Shown here piece by piece: positions 36,141 to 50,545 of a stretch of DNA of 64,000 bases; the first letter of the stretch is position 1; each line of letters opens with the position of its first letter. Under the pieces are notes generated by a model. The model was not told the origin of the DNA. It saw nothing but the letters and a program-made list of their open reading frames with translations, and ran no database searches. The position numbers and the translations under genes are program-made. Source of the stretch: Octopus vulgaris (taxonomy: Eukaryota); contig OX597816.1 of the NCBI GenBank assembly GCA_951406725.2, forward strand, positions 81,716,001 through 81,780,000, in the 5' to 3' direction.

Positions 36141-39100
36141 TGAAAGAAATAACCTCTTAAACTTTGCTAAAGGCAACCTCAAGTAAAGCAGGTTATCCAA
36201 ACTATAATCAGTACAGTGCAGTGTGCAAAGAAGTCTGGAAGATAATCTATCTGATGCAACATAGAAATATTTATCCTGTTCCATCACAAATACTGGTTCT
36301 AGGTGCTAAATATAAGAACACTGCCAAACAGTATAATTTCTACAGAGAACCATTTATTGCATTTTATTTTGATAGTGTATGCATGGTGTTTAAAGAGTTT
36401 TGTCAAACAGTCATAAATTGTGATTTGTGAAGTCAGCATGATGTGTAATTTGTCCAGGTTGAACTGAGACATACAACTTTGTATCCTACTTGCTAACACA
36501 AAAAAATAACTGCAGATGATAACAATATATTATTCATTACTTGGTTACATAATACTACTCACCTCCTTTACTTCAATATCTATTCACTTATTTGTTTTTA
36601 CCTCAGTAAGTAAATATATAAGCTAATAGCATATTCTGCTATTGTAGAGTGCTAAATAAAATAGCGTTTGCCATATTATCTCAATTAAAAATATATAAAC
36701 AAGCAATCAGTTAAGGAGCTTTGCTTATTACCTCTGTGCCATTTACTCAAATCCTTAGAATCTTCCTTCTGTGATACATGCCACATCACATGACTCAGCC
36801 ACATATGGTTAGAGTAATTATATTCCTATTAATTTTTATTATCCATACTGTCACAAAAAATATTTTTGATTTTGAGAAAAAGAAAACTTGGCATTACATG
36901 TTAAATATATTGTTGAATACCAGATACAAGTTAGTTTTAAGCCAATTTGTAAATTTTACAAATTAGAATTTTGCAATTACTTGAGTAATAAGTGAAATTT
37001 TACAATTTCTTTTTTTGTAGTTCAAAAAATTTATAATGGTCCTTTGCTCTTGAAATAAAATTATATTATTTATCACAAGCACTAGTGTAGTCAGTTGCTT
37101 GACCTTTCATAATCAGAGCTATTTATTAACAGGTATTAGTCTTCTCTTAACTGGGAATGAAAAAATATCAGCCTTAGATTTAAAAGTTTATTTTGTGGCG
37201 AGACATTTGAAAAATTTACTTGGTGATACTTTTTTTAACTTATATGGTCCTTTGTGTTGATAAATATTTGGTTGAAACAAAGTTAAATTGTTTAATGTAA
37301 AGAGTTATGATACTGAAATATAATGCATAGACTGAGCAAAGAATATATAAAACAAAAGTAGTATAAATAAAGAGTAGTACTAAAAAATAACAGACCAGAA
37401 AAACCAAAAGTATTATAACTTAAAGGAGGCGCATAGCTTAGTGATTAGGGTGTTGGACTCCTGATTGTAAGACTGTGGTTTCAATTCCTAGAATGAACAA
37501 TGCATTATGTTCTTGTACAAAACCTTTTATTTCACATTGCTCCAGTCCTCTAAGCTGATGAAAATGAGTAATCCTGCAATGGACTGGTGTCCCTCAGGAA
37601 ACTGGCCTTGTGCTCCTTACAGCGTAATATGGACTAACCATAACCATTATAACTTAGATAGTGTTAATTTTAATTGAATATCTTTTGTCAATCATGAATT
37701 TTATACCTGTGAGGTGTAGGCAAAAATCTTATTGGCAGCTTGAGATACTTTCAGTTTTATGAGTTCTGCTGTCTTATTTTTTTAATGTAATTCTAGGTTT
37801 ATGAGCTGGAGGATTGGGATAAAAATAAATTTAATATAAAGAAATCAAGAAGTTAGGGAAGAATCAATAGTAACATTTTTAGAGCAGTTCAACAACTACA
37901 TATCAGAACATATGAGTTACACAAAGCTTATTGCAGCCCTGCTCTAGTTAATCAATATACCTCAGATAGAGGTGTTGAAGGTGATGCTTAGCAATTTTGT
38001 CTTTTATGAGTTGTGCATTTATGTTATTGAGTATGTCTAACATTGGTGTTACTAAGAGAAGGAATAGTGTATTTGACAGATATTACATTTAATTTATGTA
38101 AGTGGTTAATAAAAGACTTTTAGTTGTGTATGTGAATGGAGATGGTGTTAACTCTGATGTCATCTGTATATGAAAGGTTATGTGGGATGGGGAGGGGCAT
38201 GTAAGAAGGTTGTGTAGGTATGAGTTAAAAAGTGGAAGTGAGAATAGATATTTGTATTCCATTTATTACTGATTGTACATGTGTTGTAATTTACGTAGGC
38301 TTGTCAACCTGAGAAATACTTCAACAATCAGTGTTTGTGTTATTCTTTAAGGGGGTGTTAGTATTTTACATATTACTAGATTGCTTGCCCCACAAAAATT
38401 TGAAGCTTAATTTGTCTAAACAAGCCACTCCCTACTGTCACAAAATGTAAAATCTAAAGCTTTTTTTTTGTAGCCATGGTCAATCAGTAAGAAGGCCAAA
38501 ATTGCATATAGCGAGATACTTTAAACAATCTTTCTAATGTACCATCTTTTAATACAAATCAAGAAAAAAAAAAAGGTTTCATAAGGAATTTATAGAAGCA
38601 ATTACTAAGATAAATGGGGTTTTTTTTTTGTTATTTTGTCCTTATTTACTCAATCTGTCTGTTCATTCTGCAAGATTGTTGTAACTAATCTTTTGCCTGT
38701 TATTTCTAATAACAAGACACAAAATTCACTATTAAAATGCTTTTATGTTGTATCATTTTTGTGTGTGTGTGTGTGTTCTGTGTTTGTTTGCTTACATATT
38801 AATGCATGAAATTATGTTGTTTTATATAATTCTTTTCTACGATACTGCCATCTCTGTTCTTGTTCTACAATACTGTCATCTCTACTCTTTTGATTTACGA
38901 TGCCTTGCTAGCAAAAGGGTCAGCAGTTTACATCCATCATGCTGCGCCAATATCAAAAACATTTAACTTTTTGTAGCCCAGTCCAAAGTCAGTTTCTTTA
39001 TTTAATTAATCAATTTGAGTAGAGGAACAATGCATATGACTATGGCAATGCTCAACCTGTTAATAGCTACAATGACTATTATATTAGCTTGAATGTTGGA

Positions 39101-39994
39101 CTCGGATCTTTGTTCCCTTTGCTAGAACCTTGTAAAAAGCTAGTGTTAACACACAGCTGCCTTGTGTTGTGAAAGCTGAAATAAATCCAGCATATTTTAT
39201 CTGCCACGCAGAGACCCTCATCATACACAAATGTCTGTGTAAAAGATCTTGTATAAACTGAGTTCAAGCAACAGGATCCTCTTGCAACACTGTAATTCTT
39301 TATTGGTCCATACTTATCTGTAGTCTCTCTGAAGTTCATTCCCCACCTTGTTTGTATTTCAATGAATTTTGATGTTGCAGAAGAAAATTAAACAGTTTTA
39401 CTCCATGGCCCTTCTTATTTCCAGCAGTCACCACTTCAATATTGGTGTACATGCCTGTTTGCTTTTCTATATCTACCTCTACATATTAAATTGAAATTTT
39501 AATTATTATATGCTTTGCAACAGGTGTTTCCTACCCTTTTCCTTGTTTAAAGACTTATAATACTCACATACACACACTCTTATGTTTCTAAACTTTTTAC
39601 ACTGATAAAATATGCATTTCTGCACTCATTTAATTACTGCAGCTGCATAGATGATGGAGGGGCAGTGCTAGAGAGCTGATGGGTGATGGAAAAGACTTGA
39701 GGAGGAAATTGTGTGAAGGCTTCAGTTTCGCTGAAATGTACACATCTTAAGTATTGCATATCACCAGACATCCTGGTCCTTAGTTATCTTTTCTATGAGG
39801 TTCAAGGTCCTGAGATCAGCCTTCACTACTTTATCTTATGTCTTCATGGACCTCTCTCTTCCACAAGCTTCATCAAAGCTGTGGCATCCAGCCTTAGCTA
39901 CTCTTAATTTTCCAATTTCATTGTGAAACATGGAAACAGGAAACTTTTAAAATCTCATATAGAATTGTTTTAAATTATGTGATTCCATCTTCAG

Positions 39995-40036
39995 GGTGCC
40001 ACTGAGGTGAAGTCATCAGAAGAGATTTCAGCAAGT
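39995..40036 (+). CDS. TPD52: Candidate 42-nt TPD52 small exon (GATEVKSSEEISAS)
   Basis: CTTCAG acceptor, GTGAGT donor, phase 0-0, stop-free. Confidence 0.65.
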
Positions 40037-42169
40037 GTGAGTGAAATATTTTTTTTAAAAATGAAACCTTTTTAAAATAGCTTTATACCACACTTGTTTT
40101 CTATTAGATGTGTTACTACACCTTTTTCTGCTTCTCCTTTCTCAGCTGGTTCTGTTCAATAAAATAAGAACCAGTCAGTATATTAAGTCAATATAATTGA
40201 CAGTTTCCTCCTGCACGAGTTCCTAGCCTTGTGCCTACATACTCACACATCCTCATTTTATATATTAATCAATATGTTTGATAATGAGATTTTAGTACAA
40301 CTTACCTTTCTATTTAATATGTAGACAGAAACTTTAATCTGTCAATTCTGTCTTCTTATACTATTTTACATCCATATTTCCAAGTTAGCATGACTAAAAT
40401 ACCTTTTGTAATCTTGCTTACTATTAGGGTTTTTTTTTTTTAGTCTTCCTATCTCTCTCCCTTTGACATTAAAATAGAAATAAAGCCAGTTTATCAGCCA
40501 ACCAGACTGATACAAACAGAGGTTTGAGCCATTGCCAAGGGATACTATATAATTATTATAGTAGTAGGAAGAATCAAACTTCAAATGACATAGTCTACAA
40601 CCTTAACCTCACTGCTACTATCCTTTTTAATCCACATATAATTTCTTTATAGAATACCTCATGTAATATTTTTCATTAAATAAAAAAAAATGCTTACATT
40701 GCTTATGTACAAGAAAGTTTAAACAGTGCTATTTTTATATGTTACTTTTTCTATTCCAGATGTCAGAAAATTATTACAGTTGTCATATTGGCATTCACTT
40801 TGTGCTAGTCTTTTTATATATCTCTTTACATTTGTTAATTAAACAGTATTTTTTTGTCCTCCTCGGAAGTGTGTGTCTATGTTCATATTCATGAAGGTGA
40901 TTGTGCTTATATTCATTGTGTAAATGTGTTTGGAAATATTGAAAACTGAAATAGCTTCTTTCTTTTTTAATATTTAATCAGCAGATATCATGAGAAATAC
41001 CTCATGATTATGATGAAAATAAACAAACTTATTGTGTGATTTAATTATTACTCACATTCTATTGTTCTGTTTTCTAACGGAATTATATGTTTTCTAACGG
41101 AGTCAATGGCTTGGTGATAATGGAATTGTCTGCATGGCATGAATTTCTTGTCATTACAATGACCATCTAATCTCTGATAAATAACAACATTATTTGTACT
41201 CCAAAAAAGCTCCAAGCAACATGTGGTTGCTTGGCTTGGTAAAATTAACAGCCAAATTTCCCTCAAGTTAACTTTATCAATGTAAAAAAAAAAAGGACAC
41301 ATTGGATAATGTAGGCATATATACACTATGCCTGAGAGAAAAAAAAAGGTTTATATTGGCTGGAACATTCTTGAAGATCTGTCACCCCAATCAGGACTGA
41401 ACTAGAGCTAAGCAATACACAAATACACACATATTTGCAATCACAACATGTACAGTAATACTCTATACATTTCTTTCATTAGTACTTACATACTTATCAT
41501 CATCATCATTATCATCATTTAATGTCCACTGTTCCATGCTTGTGTATGTTGGATGGAATTTTTAGGCAGATTTTCTACAACCAGATGCCCCTCCTATCAC
41601 CAACCTTCACCTGTTTGCAAGTAAGGTAATATTCCCCCAGACCAGACATGTTTTCACAGAAGATTGGAAACAAAGACACTGATTGCATGACTTTCATTTA
41701 CAACTATCATGTAAAGTCAAGACAAGGAGACAATAATATGCATGCACGTGTGCACGCACACACATATACTATGGTTTTTGTTTTTCATTTTCTCTCTACC
41801 AAATCCACACACAAGGCTTTGCCAACCTGAAACTATAGTAGAAGACACTTGCCCAAGGTGCCACACAATGGGACTGAACTTGAGACCATGTGGTTGGGAA
41901 GTAAACTTCTCACCACATAGCTATGCCTCTGCATTATAGTTTATATAAAAGCAATAGGTTGTGTTGATATATTGTTAGATTACTAGTTAATGAGACTCAA
42001 GTTCAGATTTATTATAAGTGTTTTGTTATGTGTTAGGACAGCATAGTTAATTCTACAGAACTCAGTTCACATAACCAGAAGAAATAAGTGCCAATTCGCT
42101 GGATATGTTAACTGTGACAAACCAACATTGTCACCAAAACAGATTTATCTCTCTTCTATCCACTTCCAT

Positions 42170-43800
42170 TCAATGAGCATGGGTTGTGGAGCACAGCATG
42201 GCAACAAGGCCACACTTCAGTCTTTGGCAGACCACTATGAGTGTATAGTCTCTGATTCCAAGCAGATGTGTGCAGTTTTTCAACGGCACTTTGCCAGATT
42301 GTTCACAAGAAGTGATAAAATGGAAATGATGGACTTCAATCTTATCTCGGTGACCTGCTGTTGCTATTGGTTAAACATGCAGATTAGTCTGTAAAAAAGA
42401 AAAATTCAGCTGTTGAAGTAACAGACATGTTGAACAACTGTATGATGGATAAATTGCCAAACTGGACAGTCTGTTGTATGCACTTTATTATTACATGTCT
42501 GACTTCTTTGTTGTCTTGGCAGCTGTCTATTGCAATTGGTAGTAGATTGGAAGCATTCCAAATTTTGTGAACTGGTGATGCTGCTGAAGAAGAATCTGAA
42601 CAAGAGAGAATAGTTGATAACTTTAAACCCATAACTCTGCTCATCATAAAGTAAAAGATTTTAGTTTAAGATGTTTGTCAATAACAGTTTCAGTCAGAGA
42701 TGCAGACTTGTGTGACCCCCAGTAGATCAAACTACAATAATTTGTACTTCATGAAATAGAATATAATGTTAGTCAGCAGCAGATCTGACTTTGGTAAGTT
42801 TCTAATCAATTTAGATTAGTGTGAAGCAGATGATAGGATCAACCTTCCTACCTGGCAGTTTTCCTAAGCATAGATGGTTTGGATCTCATCTACAGAGGCT
42901 GAATCTACAATGTGCAGTGTCATCTGTTCTGTTGTCAAATTTAAGTAGTCACCTACCAGAAGTGTTTCATATCACATGCGCATTTTGCCAAGGCTGCCTT
43001 CTCTCATCCCTTCAGTATATTTTACGTCCAGTGCCAAAGTATGTTAAAGATATTGAGGGCAACCTGCTTGAACTGGGATATGAAAGACCCATTTTTGGAT
43101 AGATGGGAATTGAGATGGTCAGTACCTTTAGACATCATGGTGCTGACACTGGGTATCGCCGTGGTCAGTACCATTGTGGAGGAGCAGTATGAGGCATTGG
43201 GAACATGCATTACCCAGGGCAAGTTGATGGGTTTGCAATCTGGTATATGAAGAAAGGAAAAAACTTCTGTTACTGGACCAAAAGTCTGGTTGAAGACCTT
43301 AAAATGGCAGTGCTTTACTTGTTGAAAATAAATTCTACAAGCATAGCCATCTTAAAACCACCAGCAACTGTGCTTGTCTGAGATACATATAGAGTGGAAA
43401 GACTATCTGGCACACATTCACTCGGTGTTTATGCATTGCTGATTTGTGGGTTATGTTGAACAGCTGTTATCACCTGTAGGACTCATCTATCAACTGAGTC
43501 TACCATGAAAATCAACCCCTCATCTTCCTTTGGCAGGAGGGGTCGTGTTCCTTGGCCGCATTTCTATGGCAAAGGGAGTTGTGTGATGGGATATGGTTGG
43601 AAGAGCTTTTCTTCTCAGACGAAACCCTAATCAACTTCAAGTAGCACATGAAGGGAAAGGTAAGAGCAGAAAGGGAGGTTGTATGAAAGGTCCATGAGAG
43701 TGACAAAATTACTATAACCAAATGGACCCACACTAACTCTTCCACCTTGTATGTAGTTTCATAAGAACTGAAAGAAAGCACTTGTTTTAATCTGTCAAGG
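42170..43800 (+). mobile_element. Degenerate L1/Tx1-clade LINE fragment
   Basis: Decayed RT motifs (CQGCLLSSLQYIL ~ RQGCPLSPLLY; FKPITLL ~ RPITLLN); many stops and frameshifts. Confidence 0.65.
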
Positions 43801-44393
43801 TAATCCCAAGTTGCATGTGAGGTGCCTTAAATTACCCTGAGAGTGTAAAAGCACCCATTACACTCTTGGAGTGGTTGGCATTAGGAAGGGCATCCAGCCA
43901 TAGAAAACCATGCCGAATTAGACTGGAGTCTGGTGCAACCTTCCAACATGCCAGCATGGACAACGGATGTTAAATGATGATGATGATGATGATTATGGTT
44001 CTCTGCCCACTCATATTTTGAGAATCTTTCTTGTTCCTATTATGTTAATCTGTACTGTTATTACTATTCCTTATTATTTGATTATTAATTAATTTTTTTT
44101 AAATGAAGTAAATATTCTACTGCTTCTTTTCTGTTATGTTACTTTGTATTTTACCTTTATATTATCCCTATCTTGGACTCTTGTGAACAATAAAAAGAAT
44201 TGTTGTTGGACTACAGTTTGGTATTAAAATTAATTGTAACTTAGCTTTAAGATTTAATGACATTATTTCATTCATAATAGGTGCAGGTACAGGTCTGTGG
44301 TAAGAAGCTTACTTCCCAACCACATGTTGAAATGTTGATGAGGATGATATATGTATATAATACAATCTTTCATTTTCCATTTTTCACTTTCAG

Positions 44394-44516
44394 TCTCGAG
44401 TGAAAGGTAGCAAATCCAACCAGAGCCTCAATGAAAGTTTCCAGGCATCCAGTGAACCAAGTACTCCACGATCAGAGGACAATCCTCCTCTGCCCGAAGA
44501 AAAGGTGCCCCTGTAG
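44394..44516 (+). CDS. TPD52: TPD52-family terminal coding exon
   Basis: Strong pyrimidine tract + CAG; SRVKGSKSNQSLNESFQASSEPSTPRSEDNPPLPEEKVPL* (PEST-like C-terminus); phase 0. Confidence 0.88.
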   Translation, partial: SRVKGSKSNQSLNESFQASSEPSTPRSEDNPPLPEEKVPL

Positions 44517-47457
44517 ACATTGAACTTCAATAGCAGAGCTTTTTATTTCCATGAACATTTTACTTTTTCTTCCTCCTCTGTATTCCTATTACAGCTGGTT
44601 TTATTCCAGTCTATTTCTCAAAACTTTTCTTTTTCTTTTTGGTGGGACAATTGCTTCCAGTTCACTAACCAAGATGAAAGCTTTGGTTGTATCATGCAAT
44701 ATGACTGAAGATATGTTTAACAAAAAATATTTTAAATAGTTTTAACTCCATCCCTAAAGAAAATCAAATTTAAAAAAGAACATGACATATTTCCCAATAT
44801 TTCATTTAGCTAGTTTTAGTGATCATTAAAAAAAAAACATATAGATACATATAATAATACTACTACTAATAATAATAATTATAATTTTTTTTTTATCATT
44901 CTCCCATATAATCTCTTTAGCCTTTTCTTGTGACGGATTAACTTTTTAGCATATTTATGCTGATGAACATATCTTTCTTGGCAGTTTTGCAACACTGACC
45001 CTCTTTTCCTAGACTTAATGTCTTGGTATGATTGTAAATTGTCTGTTTATGTAGGGCTGTGTATAGCAAAAGGCATAAATGGTTGCCACTGGAGTTTACC
45101 TCTGGCTCCAAAACACTTTACTAACCATTGCTCTGTGCTAACACATTAAGTCAGCTTATTGATGAAGGATGAAGGATGAAACTTCAATTTAGATACTGTT
45201 GATGATGGTGATAATTTTCATGACAATGGTAATGAGTATTATGATAATGATGGGTGTTGATGAAAATGATGAAGGTGATGATAATAAATGGTAGAAAATG
45301 ATTTCACTTGTTTGTTTAATATGTTCCTTTTTATTTACTGTCTTGAATATCTTCAAACAATTTTATGTGCGTATGTGTATTTGTACACATATATTTAATG
45401 TTTCTGACATAATGACAGCATTTATAGATTGTGTGCAGTTAATATTAGTCAAAGATTTAATAGAAAAAGGTACTGAATGTTTTATAAATGAATAGAGCTA
45501 TCATTTAAAAAAAAAGCATTCATCAATTACTAAGTTCAACATTTTTTAATGGAACATGCTCTGTTTGTGTTATATCCTTATGGATAAATGAAAGCACTGC
45601 AACAGTGTAATAACAATATAATCAAAACAAACAGCAGTAACCACACGGAATGTAACAATCTTTTAAGAACCAACAATCCAACATTTAAACATGAACCACT
45701 GGGTTTGTACTTCCATTTTTGTATTTATGAAGTAGAACTGCACCTAATCTGTGCTCGGAAGCATTAGACACTACACTGATGTCCATTTCGGGATCGCAAT
45801 GTGCTAACAACAGGTCTGAGATTATAATTTTTTATTTCTTCAAGGTGTTCTGGCATTTAGTAGATGAATTCCACTTTACTCCTTTTTTTAATAAGTTGTT
45901 CAATGAAGCTTAAATTGTGCATATTAGGAATGTAGTTTTGATAATAATTTGCCAACCCAAGAAATGCTTGTAAAGTTGGAATATTTGCCAGCGCAGGCAT
46001 ATTCCTATTTGCGTCTACCCTCAACAAGTCAGGATAGAAAGAATTCACATTTTCCTTCGCTCAAAGTGAAATACATGTACAGCTTTTCACTTACTTGGAA
46101 ATAGGCTTCTGTCTTTCTTCATAGATCTAAATCCTCTGATAACACTTGCAGGAACATTTTTTTTCAATTTTTTCTTCAGTTCTTCCAAAGACTTGTTTTT
46201 AACAGGACAACCATTTATGTTATTGCAATAAAGATTTATGGGGAGATGACATAAATTGAATAGTTCTAACCAATCTGTGCCAAACAGATTGATCGTATTA
46301 TTTACAATGAATAATTTTGCTTCGTGTGTCTCTCCTCAAAATGTGATGTTGATACATGTTTTGTTCATGAAATGTAGTTTGTCACCCATTACGCCATGTG
46401 CTATTATCACTATTTTACATAATTTCAGTTTACCAATTTTTTTTAAGTATCTGGATTTATAATTTAGATGTCACTACTTGTGTCAAACTGCAATTTGGTA
46501 TTCACATCATTTACTTTTATGTGCACAAATTTTCTTGTTTTTCCACCACAGTTACTCTCCACTGAAAACACCTTAGAACGTTTTGTGTTTGAGCCTTGTA
46601 GTCTTGTTCTACAATGAGAACTCCTGTATCCAAGCTTCTGACAACTATAGCACTTTTTGTTTAAATGGACAATCCTTTTTGTAATGTAGGCCTCCACAAC
46701 CATAACACAGATTGGGGCCTAACACTTTTTTTATTGTGCTTCCCAGAATGGCACATTTGAATTTTTGCAATGAACTTCTATCACAAAAAATTTTTGAAAG
46801 TAGTTCCATAGTTTCTTGGAAACCAATCTCTCCCAACATTTTGGGCAGAATAAAGTTACAGTAATGCTCTTGTTCGGCAGGAGCTACCTTGGGTAGTAAA
46901 AGCCTTACTTTCTTCTCCTCCAACCATGACTTGCATTTGTTAAAAATTTCCTTGTATTGTCTATAATATGCAGGAAACATAATACCCTCCCCTGGATTAT
47001 ATGTAAATTCAGAAATTGCATTAACCACACCATCTGGTGTAAACGAGCTTATTGGATTTTCAGACTTTGCCAACTGTAACTCAATTAATTGTTGTTGTTG
47101 TTGTATTTGTTTTTGCAACTCCTGTAGTTTTTCCTGTTGCTTCTCTTGAAGCTATACTACTGCAACTAATAGGTTTTCTATGATGCAGAAATTGTCAAAT
47201 ACCCAATATGAGTTTCAAACAATCCTTGTTACCAGATGTTATATCCTTATGGATAAACGAATACACTGCAACAGTGTGATAACAATATAATCAAAGCAAA
47301 CAACAGTAACCGCACGGAATGTAACAAAACTCTTTTAAGAACCAACAATCCAACAGGCTAACTCGAACTGTGTGCTTTGAACTATCAACACACGAACTGT
47401 GAAGCTAACACAATGAATTTATTCAAACCACAAGAGTTAAACAAAGTGAGGACTATA

Positions 47458-47721
47458 TGTAGAGAGTGTGCGATTTGAATATAGAGGCACCTACCTTCTC
47501 TTCGTGGTGACGGAGATCCTCCAGAGATGACTGGTCCTTCCTCACCCTACCCGAACACTAACGATAGCAGCTGCTAGCCCCAAACCCTTAGCGTCGTCCA
47601 CGCACGTCTTGTCGCCAGCACGACCCACGTTGGAAAGGTCAATTTTCGCCCCCTGACAGCTGACCCCTTCCACTTGCCCCAGCTTCCGGTCAACGCACCC
47701 CGCTGCTGACGTCATCCCACA
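47458..47721 (-). repeat. 3' LTR (264 bp)
   Basis: Differs from the other LTR by 3 transitions and a 10-bp indel; preceded on the element strand by a weak polypurine tract (AAGATCAGGGTGGCG). Confidence 0.95.
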
Positions 47722-47734
47722 CGCCACCCTGATC

Positions 47735-50545
47735 TTAAAGATCACAATCTCTCCGCTCCATGTTGTAGTCTACCATCCAACCGGGAGAGCGCCTTACTCG
47801 TCGAGATCTTCTCAAGCTGGGCTCCTCATTCTCCCCCTCTCCCGAATCATCGTCCATCGAAGCAACAATCCTGCGAAGGTCCAAGACATGTCGTGGTGTG
47901 CCATCTACGGATACGTTGCTTCTGGAATTGATCGCCGTCACCGTTCCACTGCTCCATTGAGACGTACAGCGCGCCTTTGGTGGCTTGACCCAGACTTCCT
48001 CCCCTATTTTCACGCGAACGGGTCCCTTCTCTTCCTCGTGACCCTCCGGCGCTTTGCTCGGGTGCCTCCATTCATATTTGAACACAGCTCTCTGCGGCAC
48101 AGATTCCTCAGCTTGGCCGGATCGGGGAGACAAGTTGTACCAAAAAACTGCTTGAAGCGGCGAAATGTGCCCTCTTTCCACTATGGTCTTGACTGTCCGA
48201 TGGTGCCTCTCCACGATCCCGTTACCGCCCGGCTTATACGCTGCTCTGAACAAGCGTCGCACGTTCCACCGATCAAGCATAACCCTCAATGCTTCCGAAC
48301 GAAACGCCGCCCCGTTGTCCATCAGTAGTTCTTCCACGGGACCTCTCTCTAAAAGTATCCCGTTCAGGATCTGCACGATCTCGTCAGCAATGCCCGATCT
48401 CAACTCCCTCCAAATGGCTAGCCGGCCCGGCCCACAGTTGACCATGGAGAGGTACATTCGCTGGCGGTAGTGTGTCACATCCACAGCCAGCCTTTTCCAG
48501 TTCTGCTCCACGGAAAGGCTTCCCTGTTCATGCCCACACGGAGCAGGGTCGATGGACTGACACCTGTCGCAGCTCCCGACCACCTTCCGGACGCTTCTCC
48601 TGGTGACGTCAGCATCAATTTTTTTTGCCAGATACAGGGTCCTGTCCACACCCAGGTGATGCATAGCGTGCAGTTTCTTCAGTTCAGAGTCATCCAACCG
48701 ACACGCCGCAGCTATCCCTTTCCGGGCCTCCTCCGGTTCTTCCAACCACGCCCTTGTTTTTCTCCGAAGGCACGAAAACCACGTTCAGCTTCAGTCCGAA
48801 TTCGGCGATCAATTCACCTAGAACTCCTAGACGGCGCTTCACTAACATCTCCGCAGCACCTTTCGTCCGCACTCTCCTGTCACCAGTGATCACCGATCCT
48901 ACCCAGCCAAGCACAGTGGCCGAATTCGTCCACATTTCAATCGTGCGCAGCCCCCATTTCAAGGCCAAGTTCACCCCTTTCAGCAGCGCGTCTAATTCGG
49001 CGACATTGATGTGGTTGAAATCATCTGCTTTCCGAAGCCAGGCCGCGTCCTCCACCGCAGTGCCTTCGATTGCCAACACCACCCCTATCACTATACTGCT
49101 AGCATCACACCAGATGGTCCCGCATTTCGTCTTGGGCACGTACCAGTTCCCCCTGACCGGGTCTTCCGCTCTTGTCCTCTCTAGGATCTCCTACATCATC
49201 GCCACCATCCCTTCTCCCACCTTGTCGCCCCACCTCTCTCCTTCTGCTCGTCTCTTGGTGTAACTACAGGCCGTGCGCAGCCATCCAGCGATCGGGTAGT
49301 GACCGACCAACTTCCCACACACCGAGAACAGCTCTCTCCTGCTGATGCTGGAACTCAGCTCTGGGATTTCATTTCCTCTCCGGAACACCAATTCACCTGA
49401 TCTATCTCTTCGCAGCTTCAGCCCCAGCGCAGCTCCCCCTTCAATCGACTCCGGTGGCTTAGCAATCAGTCCGAACTTCTCCAGATGTCTAACTACCTCG
49501 TTGGCTGGCACTACAGTTTCGTCCACCAAAATGTCGTCAATGTAGGAGCTGGTGGCCTTTCTAATCTTGCCGTCTTTCCCTAGGACGGACCTAAGCACTG
49601 CCGCCATGATCTTCGGAGCGGAATTCAGCCTGAAACCCAGCCTGGTTAGACAGTACGTCCGGCCCTTGTACCGCACCAGCTGATATCACCATAGTTTGTC
49701 GCTCACATGGAGCTGCAAGTATGCCGATCTCAAGTCGACAATCGTCGCTGCCTCAGTTGACTGTCTCCACTTACGTAATGCCTCACCACAAACGTCTGTC
49801 GCCTCACCTCCCGTGTGACACGATATGTGCTGGTTTAGCTCCCTGAAGTCCAGCACCGGTCTGACTTTTCCCTTCGTAGGCTGCACCACCGCCATCAGGG
49901 GTAGCACTCCGCCCGCTACCTCCTCCTTCCAAGGGACAAGGACCCCTTCCTCGATCCACCTCTCCACCTCGTCTTCAAACTCAACCCTGGCGTGGCCTTT
50001 CAGGGTATGCTGGTAACAGCTCACCCTGTTCTCCAGTGTCGGGAGCTCGTCCTTCCATTTCCACTCTATCGTCCACCGCTGACCATCGAACGCCGCCTGA
50101 AAATCTTTGTCCTCGATGGTGTAAGCGGCGCAGTCCCTCGCAGGGCTCTGCTCCCTCTGTCGATCCTGACTCGCAGTGCACAACGCCCCCACGCTTCTGA
50201 ACGTGACCTCATTTCCCACAACACTGACGCCACCAAGGCAGTTGATGGCGTCCATCCCCATCACCACATCAACTCCATTTATCACGCGTTCGGCCACAAT
50301 TGCCTGTAGCCTTAGCGTCGCGCCGCGCACCACTATCTCTACCTTGCTGCTGCCTCTGCAACGGATTTCGCTGCCGTCGACCGCCCGGACACTACACACC
50401 CCGTTCCATTCCTTCGTCACCCTCGAAGTCACCAGGGTGGTCGTACAGCCCATATCCACAAGGGCCTTGAACGTCTCCCCCTCGGCCTCCACGTCAATCA
50501 ATGGCAGCGTCTCCAATAGCGCCTCTACTCGTTTAAGGGGAAAGT
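47735..50545 (-). pseudogene. pol: pol (protease, RT, RNase H, integrase) with disabling lesions
   Basis: PR LVDMG, RT RPVLDFRELN..YIDD, RH CDAS..ELDA, IN HHLG..CDRC..VDV..DNG..VER; in-frame stops at 49686-49688 and 49191-49193; frameshifting deletion near 48750 removes the final RNase H ADxLTR motif. Confidence 0.92.

Noticed and set aside
38912-39022. Acceptor-like TGCCTTGCTAG followed by a short open frame (QKGQQFTS...)
   Set aside because: No frame-preserving donor and no homology; too weak to call.
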